DNA of 64,000 nt from Candidatus Saccharimonadales bacterium (GTDB lineage Bacteria > Patescibacteriota > Saccharimonadia > Saccharimonadales > JANWIN01). The notes under the pieces were generated by a model. That model was given only the letters and a program-made list of their open reading frames with translations, did not search any database and was not told where the DNA came from. The DNA lies in NCBI GenBank assembly GCA_025449905.1, contig JANWIN010000012.1, forward strand, positions 109,318-173,317, read 5' to 3'. Shown here in pieces: positions 1 through 9,404 of this stretch. The position numbers and the translations under genes were made by a program. Numbering within the stretch: the stretch's first letter is position 1; the number at the start of each line of letters is the position of its first letter.

Positions 1-2
1 TA

Positions 3-503
3 ATGCACGAGCTTGATTTTGAAATTCAGAGAGAATCAATTCAAGAAACCCCCAAGTTTGAAGCCAGCTGGCTTAAAAGAAGCATAGGTCTTCGTAGGAT
101 AGCGACGCGGCTAGCAGCTGTGGGACTTAGTGCCGGGGCGGCGAGCTGTGTGGGTCCGCCACCTCCAGGCAAATTCCCTGAAGCGGGCAGGGGCTGTACA
201 GCTGCTAAAGAATATATTTCAACCTATGCTTCTAAAAGTGTTGTCGGCATCCCGATTAAATGGCGAGTAGAATGTCCTTACCCGGTACCTGGTGGACACC
301 AAGCAATGACTTGCGCTAATTCGCCAGGTTACTGCGAAGGTTTTTTAATTGCTTTTAGAGATTTAAATGTTTGCCCAGCAGCAATAATGAATGAAGCATC
401 AAACAGTTTTTATAAGCGCAACCCACAGACAGGTGCAATCGTACATGAATATTTAAATGATCCTTTCGGTTATTGTGGTCAACCCGGCAATCCGCGAGGC
501 TAA
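3..503 (+). CDS. hypothetical secreted Cys-rich protein, possible lipoprotein
   Basis: From the ORF track. The N-terminal hydrophobic segment LAAVGLSAGAASC resembles a signal peptide/lipobox and is followed by PPPPG. The ATG lies 2 nt from the window edge, so the true start is uncertain. Confidence 0.45.
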   Translation: MHELDFEIQRESIQETPKFEASWLKRSIGLRRIATRLAAVGLSAGAASCVGPPPPGKFPEAGRGCTAAKEYISTYASKSVVGIPIKWRVECPYPVPGGHQAMTCANSPGYCEGFLIAFRDLNVCPAAIMNEASNSFYKRNPQTGAIVHEYLNDPFGYCGQPGNPRG

Positions 504-532
504 CACTTAACAGAGCTTTTTCAAAGCTTTGG

Positions 533-1609
533 TTATTTATGTACTACAACTTTGGTGCCGATGGGTGCCCAGTAGTAAACCCACTGGGCTTCGGAGTTGA
601 TGATACCTAAGCAGCCGTGTGAGCTGTTAACGCTGCCAAAATAACTCAGTGGTCGCCAGTAATTGCCGTGAATGGCATCACTGCCATTGAAGTAACTAAC
701 CCATTCAACATCCGGCTGAAAATACTTAGTACCGTCTGCATTAAAGCCTTTCATATCCTGAATGCGCACTTTGGAATAAATACTAAAATCACCGGTAGCT
801 GTAGGTGTGGCTGGTGCACCGGCGGTAATTAGAAAAGTTTTAACTAGCTCGCCGTTTTCATATGCATACATCCGCTTGGTGCTAATATTAGCCTCCAGCA
901 ATTTATCGCCAAAACCATTAATAGCAATGCTGCTGAAGGCAATGTGATGGCTGGGAATGGTGAACTTTGTCTTGTCACCAATCAGCAAGAGCTTACTTAG
1001 CTTATTTACTACAGATGCATTAACATCCAGCGAAAAACCACTAACTCCTTGAACCAAAATTGTTTTAGCACCATCTGACGCGACCGAATAAATTTGCTCA
1101 TGCGGCGAGCGGGCATAGGCTTTAGCCAAATCATCTAAATAATGCCCCAAAGCCTTTTTATTTACGCTTATAATTACACCCTTTGCTTTAAACCATCTAC
1201 TTTTTACTTTAGTGCTAGCTAAAATTTTCGTATCGCCAAATTTAAGGGCGACTGACTGTCTTACATAACTTCTTAAACCTTTTGGCTTAACCGATTCTTG
1301 CACTGAGCTGCCAGTCTCTACTTGATTGCTGGTTTTAGACAATTGTTCGGCAGCAACAAAGGTGCCAAGCAGTACTACTAATGAGATGGCAAAATATAGT
1401 AGCTGTTTCTTATTAAAATTAAAGGGCTTAAAGAGCCACTTTTTACCCGCAAATGGGGCGCCGAAAACAACTAGACCAGATGTAGGTGCTGCGCTATTAG
1501 CTCGGAGGAGCTTAAAAGGAAAATCCACCGGTGCCTGAACCTTTGGACCGACGATATCGTTACCAACTAAAGCCAAAGAATGGCTAGACTTTTTGTTGTT
1601 TTTTCCCAT
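533..1609 (-). CDS. L,D-transpeptidase (YkuD-domain) with N-terminal membrane anchor
   Basis: The C-terminal domain carries IHG and SSHGCLGI, matching the YkuD catalytic SHGC(I/L)R-type motif. A TM segment LLYFAISLVVLLGTFVAA lies near the N-terminus. Confidence 0.8.
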   Translation of the reverse strand: MGKNNKKSSHSLALVGNDIVGPKVQAPVDFPFKLLRANSAAPTSGLVVFGAPFAGKKWLFKPFNFNKKQLLYFAISLVVLLGTFVAAEQLSKTSNQVETGSSVQESVKPKGLRSYVRQSVALKFGDTKILASTKVKSRWFKAKGVIISVNKKALGHYLDDLAKAYARSPHEQIYSVASDGAKTILVQGVSGFSLDVNASVVNKLSKLLLIGDKTKFTIPSHHIAFSSIAINGFGDKLLEANISTKRMYAYENGELVKTFLITAGAPATPTATGDFSIYSKVRIQDMKGFNADGTKYFQPDVEWVSYFNGSDAIHGNYWRPLSYFGSVNSSHGCLGIINSEAQWVYYWAPIGTKVVVHK

Positions 1610-1708
1610 CTCATTTTTATTGTGAGGACTCTCTAAGGATCAATATAAGTATAAGCATAAAAGGGATACATATGCAAGACAGAAAAGCCAATAGTCAATG
1701 GCTGATAA

Positions 1709-2251
1709 CTAAATATTAATACAGCTAGCTTCTATCTGGACATCAGCCCTGAACGGGTCGGGCGATCCAGGCGGTATAGCGAGCGTGGCTACCATTTCAC
1801 GACTTTCATTGACGGCGATACGACCAACAACAATACCATTACGCTGTGGCAAGAGATCAATTCTTGAAACTGTTTTCGGTTCATCAATACTTGAATAAAC
1901 CCTGAAGACATCTAGGCTCGGTTGTGAAATATTTAAAGTAACGAGATTGTTTTCCGCTTGGCTGTGCTCGGCCGTGGTCGTCACAATAACTTCACCACCT
2001 TCAACGATTGGTATAATCTCGGTTTGACCTTCGACCTCACAACCAATGACAAGGGGAACTGCGGCTGTGCCTATTGCTGATTTAGCTGCTTCGGTTGGCG
2101 GTTTCTTACCTAAGGTAGGGCGTTCTAATCCACCAAGCCTGCCTGATAAAATGCTGGCTCCCGTCATTGCTATAGCTGAAGCTGTGAATGTACCAATAGC
2201 GATGATAGCCGCCTCTTTGAGACCCAAATTTTGCTTATTCTTTTCGGACAT
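1709..2251 (-). CDS. hypothetical membrane-anchored protein
   Basis: 180-aa ORF with an N-terminal hydrophobic helix AAIIAIGTFTASAIAMTGASIL. No recognisable motif. Confidence 0.5.
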   Translation of the reverse strand: MSEKNKQNLGLKEAAIIAIGTFTASAIAMTGASILSGRLGGLERPTLGKKPPTEAAKSAIGTAAVPLVIGCEVEGQTEIIPIVEGGEVIVTTTAEHSQAENNLVTLNISQPSLDVFRVYSSIDEPKTVSRIDLLPQRNGIVVGRIAVNESREMVATLAIPPGSPDPFRADVQIEASCINI

Positions 2252-2286
2252 ATAAATTCTATGATAACAAAATATTTAAGATAAGA

Positions 2287-3564
2287 ATGTACAATATCGT
2301 CATGCAGCAGGTAAACAATTTTTCTGAGGTTCATGAGGTTTTAGCTGGCTTTGTACCGCCGGCGCGTTCAATGCGGGCCAAATACAGCTTGGAAAGAATG
2401 CTCAAACTTATGGACGAATTGGGCAATCCGCAGGAGAGTTTTAAGACTATCCATGTGGCCGGCACGTCGGGGAAGACTTCAACCTGCTATTACATTGCCG
2501 CGCTTCTAGGAGCAACTGGTAAAAAAATTGGCGTGACCGTCTCGCCGCATATTGATGAAGTTAATGAGCGTCTGCAAATAAACCTGACCCCCCTGTCCGA
2601 ACAAGAATTTTGCCAAGAGCTGAATGAATTTCTAAAAATACTTAACAGGTTAAGCGTTAAGCCAACTTACTTTGAGCTATTAATAGCTTTTGCTTATTGG
2701 CAGTTCGCTAAACAAAAAGTTGACTATGCCGTCATTGAGGTTGGTCTGGGCGGCCTGCTGGATGGCACCAATGTTATTAATCGAGCTGATAAAGTTTGTG
2801 TTATTACTGATATCGGGCTAGATCATACCAGCGTACTGGGGAACACTGTAGAAAAAATAGCCGCTCAAAAAGCCGGCATCATACAATCCAAGAATCAAGT
2901 AATTATGAACGCCCAAGACCCGGAAATAATGACAGTGATAAAACAAAGGCAAGGTGAAAAACAAGCTAGTCTAATAATAGTTGAGACCGACGAAGCAATT
3001 ACGCAAAACGATATGCCGTGGTTTCAGCATAGAAATTGGCAGTTAGCCTATGCGGTTTATAAGTACGTCAGCAATCGCGATGGTTTGGAGGACTTAGATA
3101 CTAACCAAATTAATAAAGCTATGAAGACCTATATTCCGGCGCGGATGGAAATTGTTAATAAAAACGGACAGACCATCATTATGGACGGCGCCCATAACCC
3201 GCAGAAAGTTGGCGCACTAGTGCGCAGTCTGCAAAGTAAGTTTCCTAATCAAAAAATGCAGGTCGTGATGGGTTTGTTGAGCGACAAAGAAGTAAAAGGA
3301 GTTCTTGAACAGCTAAAACCAGTTACTAAATCTTTATATGCAACTTATTTTGATGCCGAACAAGATATGCCGCGCTCGGCAATCCAGCCAGCTGAAATAG
3401 CCGAGGCGGCGAAAGCGCTAGGCATTGAGGCTTTAGAAATTAAAGAGCCGGAAAAAGCATTTAAGGAGTCTCTTAAGACAAACGATTCGGTGTTGGTCGT
3501 TGGTTCATTTTTCTTGCTCAATCACATCAGACCAATACTTAAGCGTGATAACCTATTAGTATGA
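2287..3564 (+). CDS. folC: folylpolyglutamate synthase / dihydrofolate synthase (Mur-ligase family)
   Basis: P-loop HVAGTSGKTST, Mur-ligase central and C-terminal regions (DGAHNP), and a typical length. It overlaps the downstream DHFR gene by 4 nt. Confidence 0.85.
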   Translation: MYNIVMQQVNNFSEVHEVLAGFVPPARSMRAKYSLERMLKLMDELGNPQESFKTIHVAGTSGKTSTCYYIAALLGATGKKIGVTVSPHIDEVNERLQINLTPLSEQEFCQELNEFLKILNRLSVKPTYFELLIAFAYWQFAKQKVDYAVIEVGLGGLLDGTNVINRADKVCVITDIGLDHTSVLGNTVEKIAAQKAGIIQSKNQVIMNAQDPEIMTVIKQRQGEKQASLIIVETDEAITQNDMPWFQHRNWQLAYAVYKYVSNRDGLEDLDTNQINKAMKTYIPARMEIVNKNGQTIIMDGAHNPQKVGALVRSLQSKFPNQKMQVVMGLLSDKEVKGVLEQLKPVTKSLYATYFDAEQDMPRSAIQPAEIAEAAKALGIEALEIKEPEKAFKESLKTNDSVLVVGSFFLLNHIRPILKRDNLLV

Positions 3565-4043
3565 TTAGAGCCATTGTTGCAGCTGATGAAAAACGCGGTA
3601 TTGCCGATGACCATGGTATTCCCTGGCAGGGCAAAATACCATCGGATGTTAAGTATTACCGAGACAAAATAACCAGCGGCACGCTATTGATGGGCTATGG
3701 ACTCTATAAAGAACTCAGCCATCCGTACCCGGGCGGCGTTAACTATGTAGCGACAGACAAAAAAGAAGAGAAATTTCCAGATGGCTTTGAACCCGTTTAT
3801 GATGCCCGCGAATTTTTAAAAAAAGTTAAAGGTGACGCCTGGAATCTGGGTGGTGCAGGTATTATTGCCAGCACTTTTGATTTAATTGACGAACTTTACA
3901 TTACCCAACTGGAAGGTGATTTTCACTGCACCAAGTTCATACCTGAATACGAACAAGAATTTCAAAAAATCTCTGAATCTGAACCATTAACTGAAAACGC
4001 CATAACCTTTCGTTTTACGGTCTGGAAACGTAAAACTCGCTAG
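3561..4043 (+). CDS. folA: dihydrofolate reductase
   Basis: The N-terminus MIRAIVAADEKRGIADDHGIPW is DHFR-like, the length is 160 aa, and the ATGA overlap suggests translational coupling to folC. Confidence 0.75.
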   Translation: MIRAIVAADEKRGIADDHGIPWQGKIPSDVKYYRDKITSGTLLMGYGLYKELSHPYPGGVNYVATDKKEEKFPDGFEPVYDAREFLKKVKGDAWNLGGAGIIASTFDLIDELYITQLEGDFHCTKFIPEYEQEFQKISESEPLTENAITFRFTVWKRKTR

Positions 4044-4063
4044 ATTAGGTATACTAGATAAAC

Positions 4064-4798
4064 ATGCTAAATTTATTCGGTTCAGGAATTAAGTATAAAA
4101 TCTCCAGTTTTACAATCGGGCTAGCTACATTAGTTTTTACAGCTGGTGTAGCCATGGCTCAAGGTCAATATGTTAGGGGATCTACGGGCGTTGACGTTAG
4201 TTATCCTAACTGCAGCCAAAAAATTCCAAAAGTTGTTTTTGGAATAGTTGGCGTCAATGGTGGGCTAAATTTTTCCAAGAACCCGTGTTTGGCCAGCCAA
4301 TCTGCAAATTTTAAAAATCTAAGCTTGTATGTCAATACGGGCTACCCAGGTCAAAGCTACGGCTTGAAATATCAAAATTCTCCCAAAATCTGTTCAGGCT
4401 CAGACTTAAATTGCTTGGCTTACAATTACGGTTATAACGCTGGTCTTTATTCGGTCAATTATGCCAATAGCCTAAATGTACGAAGTTCGACTTGGTGGTT
4501 AGATGTTGAGAATGTTAACAGTTGGACCAATGATCCTCAGCAAAACCGTAATAGCCTGCAAGGCCAATACGAAGCAATAATTGCTTCGGGGGCCAGCACT
4601 GTTGGAGCCTACAGCACTACTGCCCAGTGGAATAGCATTACCGGGACCTGGCGCAATAATTGGCCGTCTTGGGGTGCCACTACTTGGACTACCGCCAAAC
4701 AAGCTTCAAAATATTGTACGGGACATGAATTTACTGGCGGTCCTTCTTATCTAATGCAATACAAGCCACGCGGCATCGACCAGGACTACGCCTGTTAA
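4064..4798 (+). CDS. secreted protein, possible GH25/DUF1906-like glycoside hydrolase fold
   Basis: It has a signal-like N-terminus. GVDVSYPNC and WWLDVE resemble the GIDVS...LDxE pattern of GH25-type TIM barrels. The assignment is tentative. Confidence 0.45.
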   Translation: MLNLFGSGIKYKISSFTIGLATLVFTAGVAMAQGQYVRGSTGVDVSYPNCSQKIPKVVFGIVGVNGGLNFSKNPCLASQSANFKNLSLYVNTGYPGQSYGLKYQNSPKICSGSDLNCLAYNYGYNAGLYSVNYANSLNVRSSTWWLDVENVNSWTNDPQQNRNSLQGQYEAIIASGASTVGAYSTTAQWNSITGTWRNNWPSWGATTWTTAKQASKYCTGHEFTGGPSYLMQYKPRGIDQDYAC

Positions 4799-4883
4799 TT
4801 TATTCTCAACCTTGGCGTAAGAAATCTTACTGAACGCTTATTATTTAGTCGTTAAACTAGAGATTATTAACAAGGAGGCTGAT

Positions 4884-5033
4884 ATGTTAATAACAATAGC
4901 TATAGTTTTAGGGCTTTTATGGTTGGTGGGGTTGTTGGGTCACGTTGGCGGCAATCTAGTACATCTTGTGCTGTTTGTCGCGATTGTGATACTTATTTAT
5001 GATTTCGTAACCGGTCGTCGCCACGAAGTTTAA
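4884..5033 (+). CDS. small membrane protein, lmo0937-family-like (49 aa)
   Basis: Hand-translated as MLITIAIVLGLLWLVGLLGHVGGNLVHLVLFVAIVILIYDFVTGRRHEV. An AAGGAGG Shine-Dalgarno lies at 4872-4878, 5 nt upstream of the ATG. The ORF falls below the track size cutoff. Confidence 0.6.
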   Translation: MLITIAIVLGLLWLVGLLGHVGGNLVHLVLFVAIVILIYDFVTGRRHEV

Positions 5034-5080
5034 AGTTGTAAAAACAGGGGTAATTTGCTAAAGTCCTCAGGAGTTTGACT

Positions 5081-5253
5081 GCCAGACAGTTTGGCTTTAG
5101 GCTAATGCTAGGAAAGCCTTTATTTGAGAGGTTGGGTGTATTTATATACATCTAGCCGACAAAATAAAGAAGCTTGACACAGCAGTAGCCAAAGAGCACA
5201 AACAGAATTTCTAAGTCTGTTAGAGAGCAGGTTTGTGTGGCCAAACTGTCTGG
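5081..5253 (+). other. 173-bp unit bounded by a perfect 14-bp inverted repeat; candidate structured ncRNA or MITE-like insert abutting tRNA-Lys
   Basis: CCAGACAGTTTGGC (5081-5094) is the exact reverse complement of GCCAAACTGTCTGG (5240-5253). Nested internal hairpins are present, for example cacaaacaga...tctgtt...gtttgtgtg. There is no ORF. Confidence 0.3.
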
Positions 5254-5330
5254 GGGCCCATAGCTCAGCTGGTTAGAGCACCTGCCTCTTAAGCAGGGTG
5301 TCGAGGGTTCGAGTCCCTCTGGGCCCTCCA
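5254..5330 (+). tRNA. tRNA-Lys (anticodon CTT), CCA encoded
   Basis: Cloverleaf read by hand: acceptor GGGCCCA/TGGGCCC, D-arm GCTC-AGCTGGTTA-GAGC, anticodon arm CCTGC-CTCTTAA-GCAGG, T-arm GAGGG-TTCGAGT-CCCTC. Confidence 0.95.
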
Positions 5331-5340
5331 AATTAGCAGT

Positions 5341-5868
5341 ATGATTAATTATTCAGAAAAATATTCATTGTGGATGCCTCCTGCCGGGGAGTCAGGCGAG
5401 AGACTAGAAGTATTGGTTGATAAAATTGCAGGTGAAAACCAAGCCCCTGCTTTCGTTCCTCATTTAACCTTAGTTGGGAATGTAATTACTGAGGCCATCA
5501 ACGCAAGCGAAGCTAAGAAAAGGGTGGAAGAACTAGCAGGAAAGGTAGACAGATTTACTTTAACACTAGAGGGCTACGGCTATAAAGATGAGGAAAGGCG
5601 TTCATTGTATCTATTAGCTAATGCAGTGCAACTGGAGTTTGTTTTCGAAGAGGCAGCTAAACTATTCCCACAGGTTAACTCAGAACATTTTAGAACTGTA
5701 CCTCACTTAAGCATTTTATATGGTAATTATCCTGAAGCTTTGAAGCAGCAAATCATAAATGAAGATCCTATGTTTCGAGCAGAATGCTCGATAGAATCCT
5801 TTGATCTTTACAATACCGCCGGTCCAATTTCAGAATGGCGCCCGGAACAGACTTTCTTATTACAATAG
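5341..5868 (+). CDS. 2H phosphoesterase superfamily protein (LigT / cyclic phosphodiesterase-like)
   Basis: Two H-x-T/S-x motifs (PHLTLV and PHLSIL) lie about 80 aa apart, which is the hallmark of the 2H fold. Confidence 0.65.
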   Translation: MINYSEKYSLWMPPAGESGERLEVLVDKIAGENQAPAFVPHLTLVGNVITEAINASEAKKRVEELAGKVDRFTLTLEGYGYKDEERRSLYLLANAVQLEFVFEEAAKLFPQVNSEHFRTVPHLSILYGNYPEALKQQIINEDPMFRAECSIESFDLYNTAGPISEWRPEQTFLLQ

Positions 5869-5949
5869 CGCTCGTGTCGCATTTATTTCGCTTATGCTTT
5901 CCCAGCCTGTTTGCTATAGTGGTTAGAGAAGTGGGGACAACTAATATTT

Positions 5950-7296
5950 ATGGGCAAAAGCAGCTCGCACTTATCAAAAAATAAAAACGGATTATTTTCT
6001 ACAACCTCCAAGGCTATATCTATTTTCTTATTTGGCCTACTCATAGCAGCTTTAGTTGTGATGTACGTAAATTCCAACTACCGAAAAAGTTTAATTGAGA
6101 AAGCCAACACCATCTCTGCAGTAATTGATTCTGAAAAGGTCGCCAGTCTCAAAAATCCTAGCTCACCAACACTTAATGAGGATTATGATTACCTAAAAGC
6201 CAAACTAGCAGCCGCTAAAGCAGCCAATCATGGTACGCGCTTTACATATTTAATGGATAAAACGCAAGAAAAGGGTGTTTATTTCTTGGCTGATTCTGAA
6301 CCAAAAGATAGTGAAGATTATTCACCGTTAGGACAGGAGTATCCGGAGGCCACTCAAGCACTGCAGGATATTTTTAGCAACAAACGAGCTTTTATTGAAG
6401 GGCCGGTGCATGATCGCTGGGGCACCTGGCTTTCAGTTTTAACGCCGGTTTATAGTAATGACGGTCAATTAGTAGCTATTGCTGGGATGGATATTCCGGC
6501 CAAGGAGTACATAGTTTTGCTGGTAGTTTCGGCCGTGGTGCCGTTGAGCCTAGCTATTGCTATTGCGGCGCTTCTGATAATTGGCGACCGTATTCGTAAA
6601 CGTCAACTAGACGGCATGCTGTTTCGTTCGGAACTTATTTCTATCGCCTCACATGAGCTTTATACGCCATTGACTGGTATTCGCTGGGGAGCCGAAAGTG
6701 TACTGCGCTATCCGCTGGGTGACAATCAGCGTTACCGTGTGGAGTCGATTTATAGCAGCGTCGTTAGACTGCAAGAAAGTATTGAAGAGATTTTGCAGTT
6801 GGCCCGACTGCAAAATGTTAGAGGCCGCGAACTAGAAATACTACCCGCAGACTTAACTGCGATGATAAGTAATGTTTTATCGGTCCAAAAATTGCCGGCC
6901 GCTCAACGCAATGTCAAACTACAATTTACCCAAGATTGGCCCAAATCATTGTCTATAAATTGTGATGAATCACAGCTAAGGCGCGTATTTAATAATATTA
7001 TTTCAAACGCCATTAAATATACCCGCGAAAATACTATTGTTAGTGTTGGCTACCAGCAAACCCCCAAAGCGCACATTATAACTATTACAGATCAGGGCAT
7101 CGGTATACCAAAAGCAGAGCAGAAAAAAGTTTTCGGCGGATTTTACCGAGCCAGCAATGCTATTAGTGAACACACCAGCGGCAGCGGCATGGGCCTATAT
7201 TTATCAAGAAGTGTCGTCGAGCAGCATGGTGGCAAACTATGGTTCCAGTCCGAACAGGGCAAAGGCACAACCGTTTTCATACAACTGCCTCTGTAA
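5950..7296 (+). CDS. sensor histidine kinase with extracytoplasmic sensor domain
   Basis: H-box SIASHELYTPLTGI, N-box NAIKYT and G-box GSGMGLYLS, with two TM segments flanking a ~150-aa sensor domain. Confidence 0.85.
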   Translation: MGKSSSHLSKNKNGLFSTTSKAISIFLFGLLIAALVVMYVNSNYRKSLIEKANTISAVIDSEKVASLKNPSSPTLNEDYDYLKAKLAAAKAANHGTRFTYLMDKTQEKGVYFLADSEPKDSEDYSPLGQEYPEATQALQDIFSNKRAFIEGPVHDRWGTWLSVLTPVYSNDGQLVAIAGMDIPAKEYIVLLVVSAVVPLSLAIAIAALLIIGDRIRKRQLDGMLFRSELISIASHELYTPLTGIRWGAESVLRYPLGDNQRYRVESIYSSVVRLQESIEEILQLARLQNVRGRELEILPADLTAMISNVLSVQKLPAAQRNVKLQFTQDWPKSLSINCDESQLRRVFNNIISNAIKYTRENTIVSVGYQQTPKAHIITITDQGIGIPKAEQKKVFGGFYRASNAISEHTSGSGMGLYLSRSVVEQHGGKLWFQSEQGKGTTVFIQLPL

Positions 7297-7327
7297 TTCA
7301 TATTTAACTAATGTAGAATAAGCAGGT

Positions 7328-8125
7328 ATGAAAATACTGAACGGCAGTGAACTAGCAGGTTATATAAAAGAGCGGCAGGCTCGCGAAGTCCGCAGCTTGA
7401 TTCAAGCAAAGGGTATCAAACCTAAGCTAGCTATTGTTCAGGTTAAAGATGATCCAGTTATAAATACCTATGTTCGGCTAAAAAAAGCTTATGGGGCCGA
7501 TATTCAGATTGACGTTGATATTCATTTTATTTCTCAGGTTGAAATTGCAAAGAATTTGCAAAAACTAAATGAAGATAAATCTGTTCATGGCATCATTGTT
7601 CAACTGCCACTGATGGATACTAGCCAGACTGAAGAAATAGTTAATATGGTAGCACCCGAAAAAGATGTTGACGCGTTGGGCGCGCAAGCAAAGTTTGAAC
7701 CAGCTACGCCGATGGCTATAATGTGGCTGCTATCCGGTTATAACGTTGAGCTAAACGGCAAACAAATTTTATTAGTCGGCCGAGGAAAGTTAGTAGGGGC
7801 GCCATTAGAGAAAATACTAAAAGCTTCCGGCCACAAGGTTGAAGTTATTGACCGAGGCGCCAAAGATCTAGGCGACCATACTAAAAAAGCAGATATTGTT
7901 ATCACCGCGACTGGAAGTCCGGCCATTTTATATTCCGATATGATTAAAGAAAACGCCGTAGTAGTTGATGCTGGCGTAGCCAGTGAGTCTGGCAAAACCG
8001 TTGGCGATTTATCAGTAGATGTTTACGAGCGCGAGGATTTAACTATTACACCAAAGAAAGGTGGAGTAGGACCTCTGACGGTATGCGCACTGTTTGAGAA
8101 TACTATTAGAGCGGCTAGGAATTAA
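7328..8125 (+). CDS. folD: bifunctional methylenetetrahydrofolate dehydrogenase / methenyl-THF cyclohydrolase
   Basis: The N-terminus MKILNGSELAGYIKERQ, YVRLKKK-like region, GIIVQLPL and GRGKLVGAPL (NAD(P) site) are typical of FolD. Confidence 0.9.
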   Translation: MKILNGSELAGYIKERQAREVRSLIQAKGIKPKLAIVQVKDDPVINTYVRLKKAYGADIQIDVDIHFISQVEIAKNLQKLNEDKSVHGIIVQLPLMDTSQTEEIVNMVAPEKDVDALGAQAKFEPATPMAIMWLLSGYNVELNGKQILLVGRGKLVGAPLEKILKASGHKVEVIDRGAKDLGDHTKKADIVITATGSPAILYSDMIKENAVVVDAGVASESGKTVGDLSVDVYEREDLTITPKKGGVGPLTVCALFENTIRAARN

Positions 8126-9404
8126 AAACTGATTCAACAATTTTGAAAATTTCTTCTGGTATACTATTCGGCCCGAGTTTTTTATAGTCATAATCTTCTG
8201 GTAAATCAAAAACGTACTTATTAAGTTCTGGATACTTAGCTTGCGCTAGCTTCATTGCAGCGCGGCTTTCTTTAACCTCGCCGACGCAATCAAGCGGCTT
8301 ATGACCTTCAATGCCTAATAACTGGCGATAGGTTGACTCAAGTTCATTAGTAAGTAGCAGGTTTTTACCCCCAAATAAAGTCTCTAGCTCTTGTTGCTCG
8401 ACAAAAGGCGTCAAAATAAGAAAGGTGAAAGCGCACTTAGGGCATTCGCCACACCAAAAAATTTTGTCACTGCTGTGAATAAAAGCCCGGTTGCAAGAAC
8501 TAAATACCCTTTTGTATTTATTAAAACCAATTTTAGAAAATAATTCGGCAATTCTAACTTCGCTTAATGGTCTAAGCAGGGAATAGTAGCGTAAGTTATC
8601 ACCAAAGCAATGGCTTAAATATTGTTGGTAGTCCTTTTCGAATTCTAAAGATTTAGAGTACTGATGATTAATAGCCACTCCCTGATAGTGTAGATTCGGC
8701 TCACTGGCTGAACTTTCGTTGGAAACTACATTATCTTGGTAGCCACTTAATAATGCTACAATTGTGCCGACACAGGCAAAAATAGCCGAAATAGGGATAT
8801 GGCCGTTTAGAGCACCTTGCTTATTAAGCTCTAAAAGTTGCCTATCCCACTGACGTTCAACCCAAAAATGCTTGGTACCAATGGTTTGAACCAAAGGTTC
8901 AAGCTGCGAACGATGTGACAAACTCCAAGTAGCAACTTTGGGCTGATTCTTCAGCAGTTCGATGCTAACTAATGAATCTTTGCCACCGCCAATCCCGCTA
9001 AGCTGTCCTTCCCCTTCATTACTTAACATGTTAAGTGTCGAGTCACTATTAGTCGGAAAAACTATTACCGTATTCGGACTTAGCTTGTTTACGTATAAAA
9101 ACTCCCCTAGCCCCTTTTGATAAGTTTTGCTAAAAAAATCTGCGCTTGCTTGATCCAGATAACCTTTTTTTATTTCAATACCTGAGGGCATATAGGTTTT
9201 GTAGTATGAAACTCCGGCCATAAAAAATAAGGACTGAAAAGCTCGATCTAAAGCTTCTGTATTCATAGTTTTATAAAAATCAAAGTTGAACTGATAAGTT
9301 TCAGTAAAATTAAGCTGACTATCAAGACTATATTTTAGGGTTAAAGTTTTAGTAGCTTCCTCTAAACTATAATCCTCAAAAATAAAGTTTTGAAACTTAC
9401 TCAT
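8115..9404 (-). CDS. PP-loop ATPase-like protein coupled to murD; candidate MurL (UDP-MurNAc-L-Ala-L-Glu epimerase)
   Basis: SGIGGGKDS is a PP-loop-like motif (SGGxDS), and a C-terminal Cys cluster SSCNRAF...WCGECPKCAF is present. The start overlaps the murD stop by 4 nt (9401-9404). Confidence 0.5.
   Translation of the reverse strand: MSKFQNFIFEDYSLEEATKTLTLKYSLDSQLNFTETYQFNFDFYKTMNTEALDRAFQSLFFMAGVSYYKTYMPSGIEIKKGYLDQASADFFSKTYQKGLGEFLYVNKLSPNTVIVFPTNSDSTLNMLSNEGEGQLSGIGGGKDSLVSIELLKNQPKVATWSLSHRSQLEPLVQTIGTKHFWVERQWDRQLLELNKQGALNGHIPISAIFACVGTIVALLSGYQDNVVSNESSASEPNLHYQGVAINHQYSKSLEFEKDYQQYLSHCFGDNLRYYSLLRPLSEVRIAELFSKIGFNKYKRVFSSCNRAFIHSSDKIFWCGECPKCAFTFLILTPFVEQQELETLFGGKNLLLTNELESTYRQLLGIEGHKPLDCVGEVKESRAAMKLAQAKYPELNKYVFDLPEDYDYKKLGPNSIPEEIFKIVESVFNS

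Noticed and set aside
5174-5179. TTGACA hexamer as the tRNA-Lys promoter
   Set aside because: No acceptable -10 hexamer at 16-19 nt spacing. The nearest candidate, CAGAAT, is 23 nt away.
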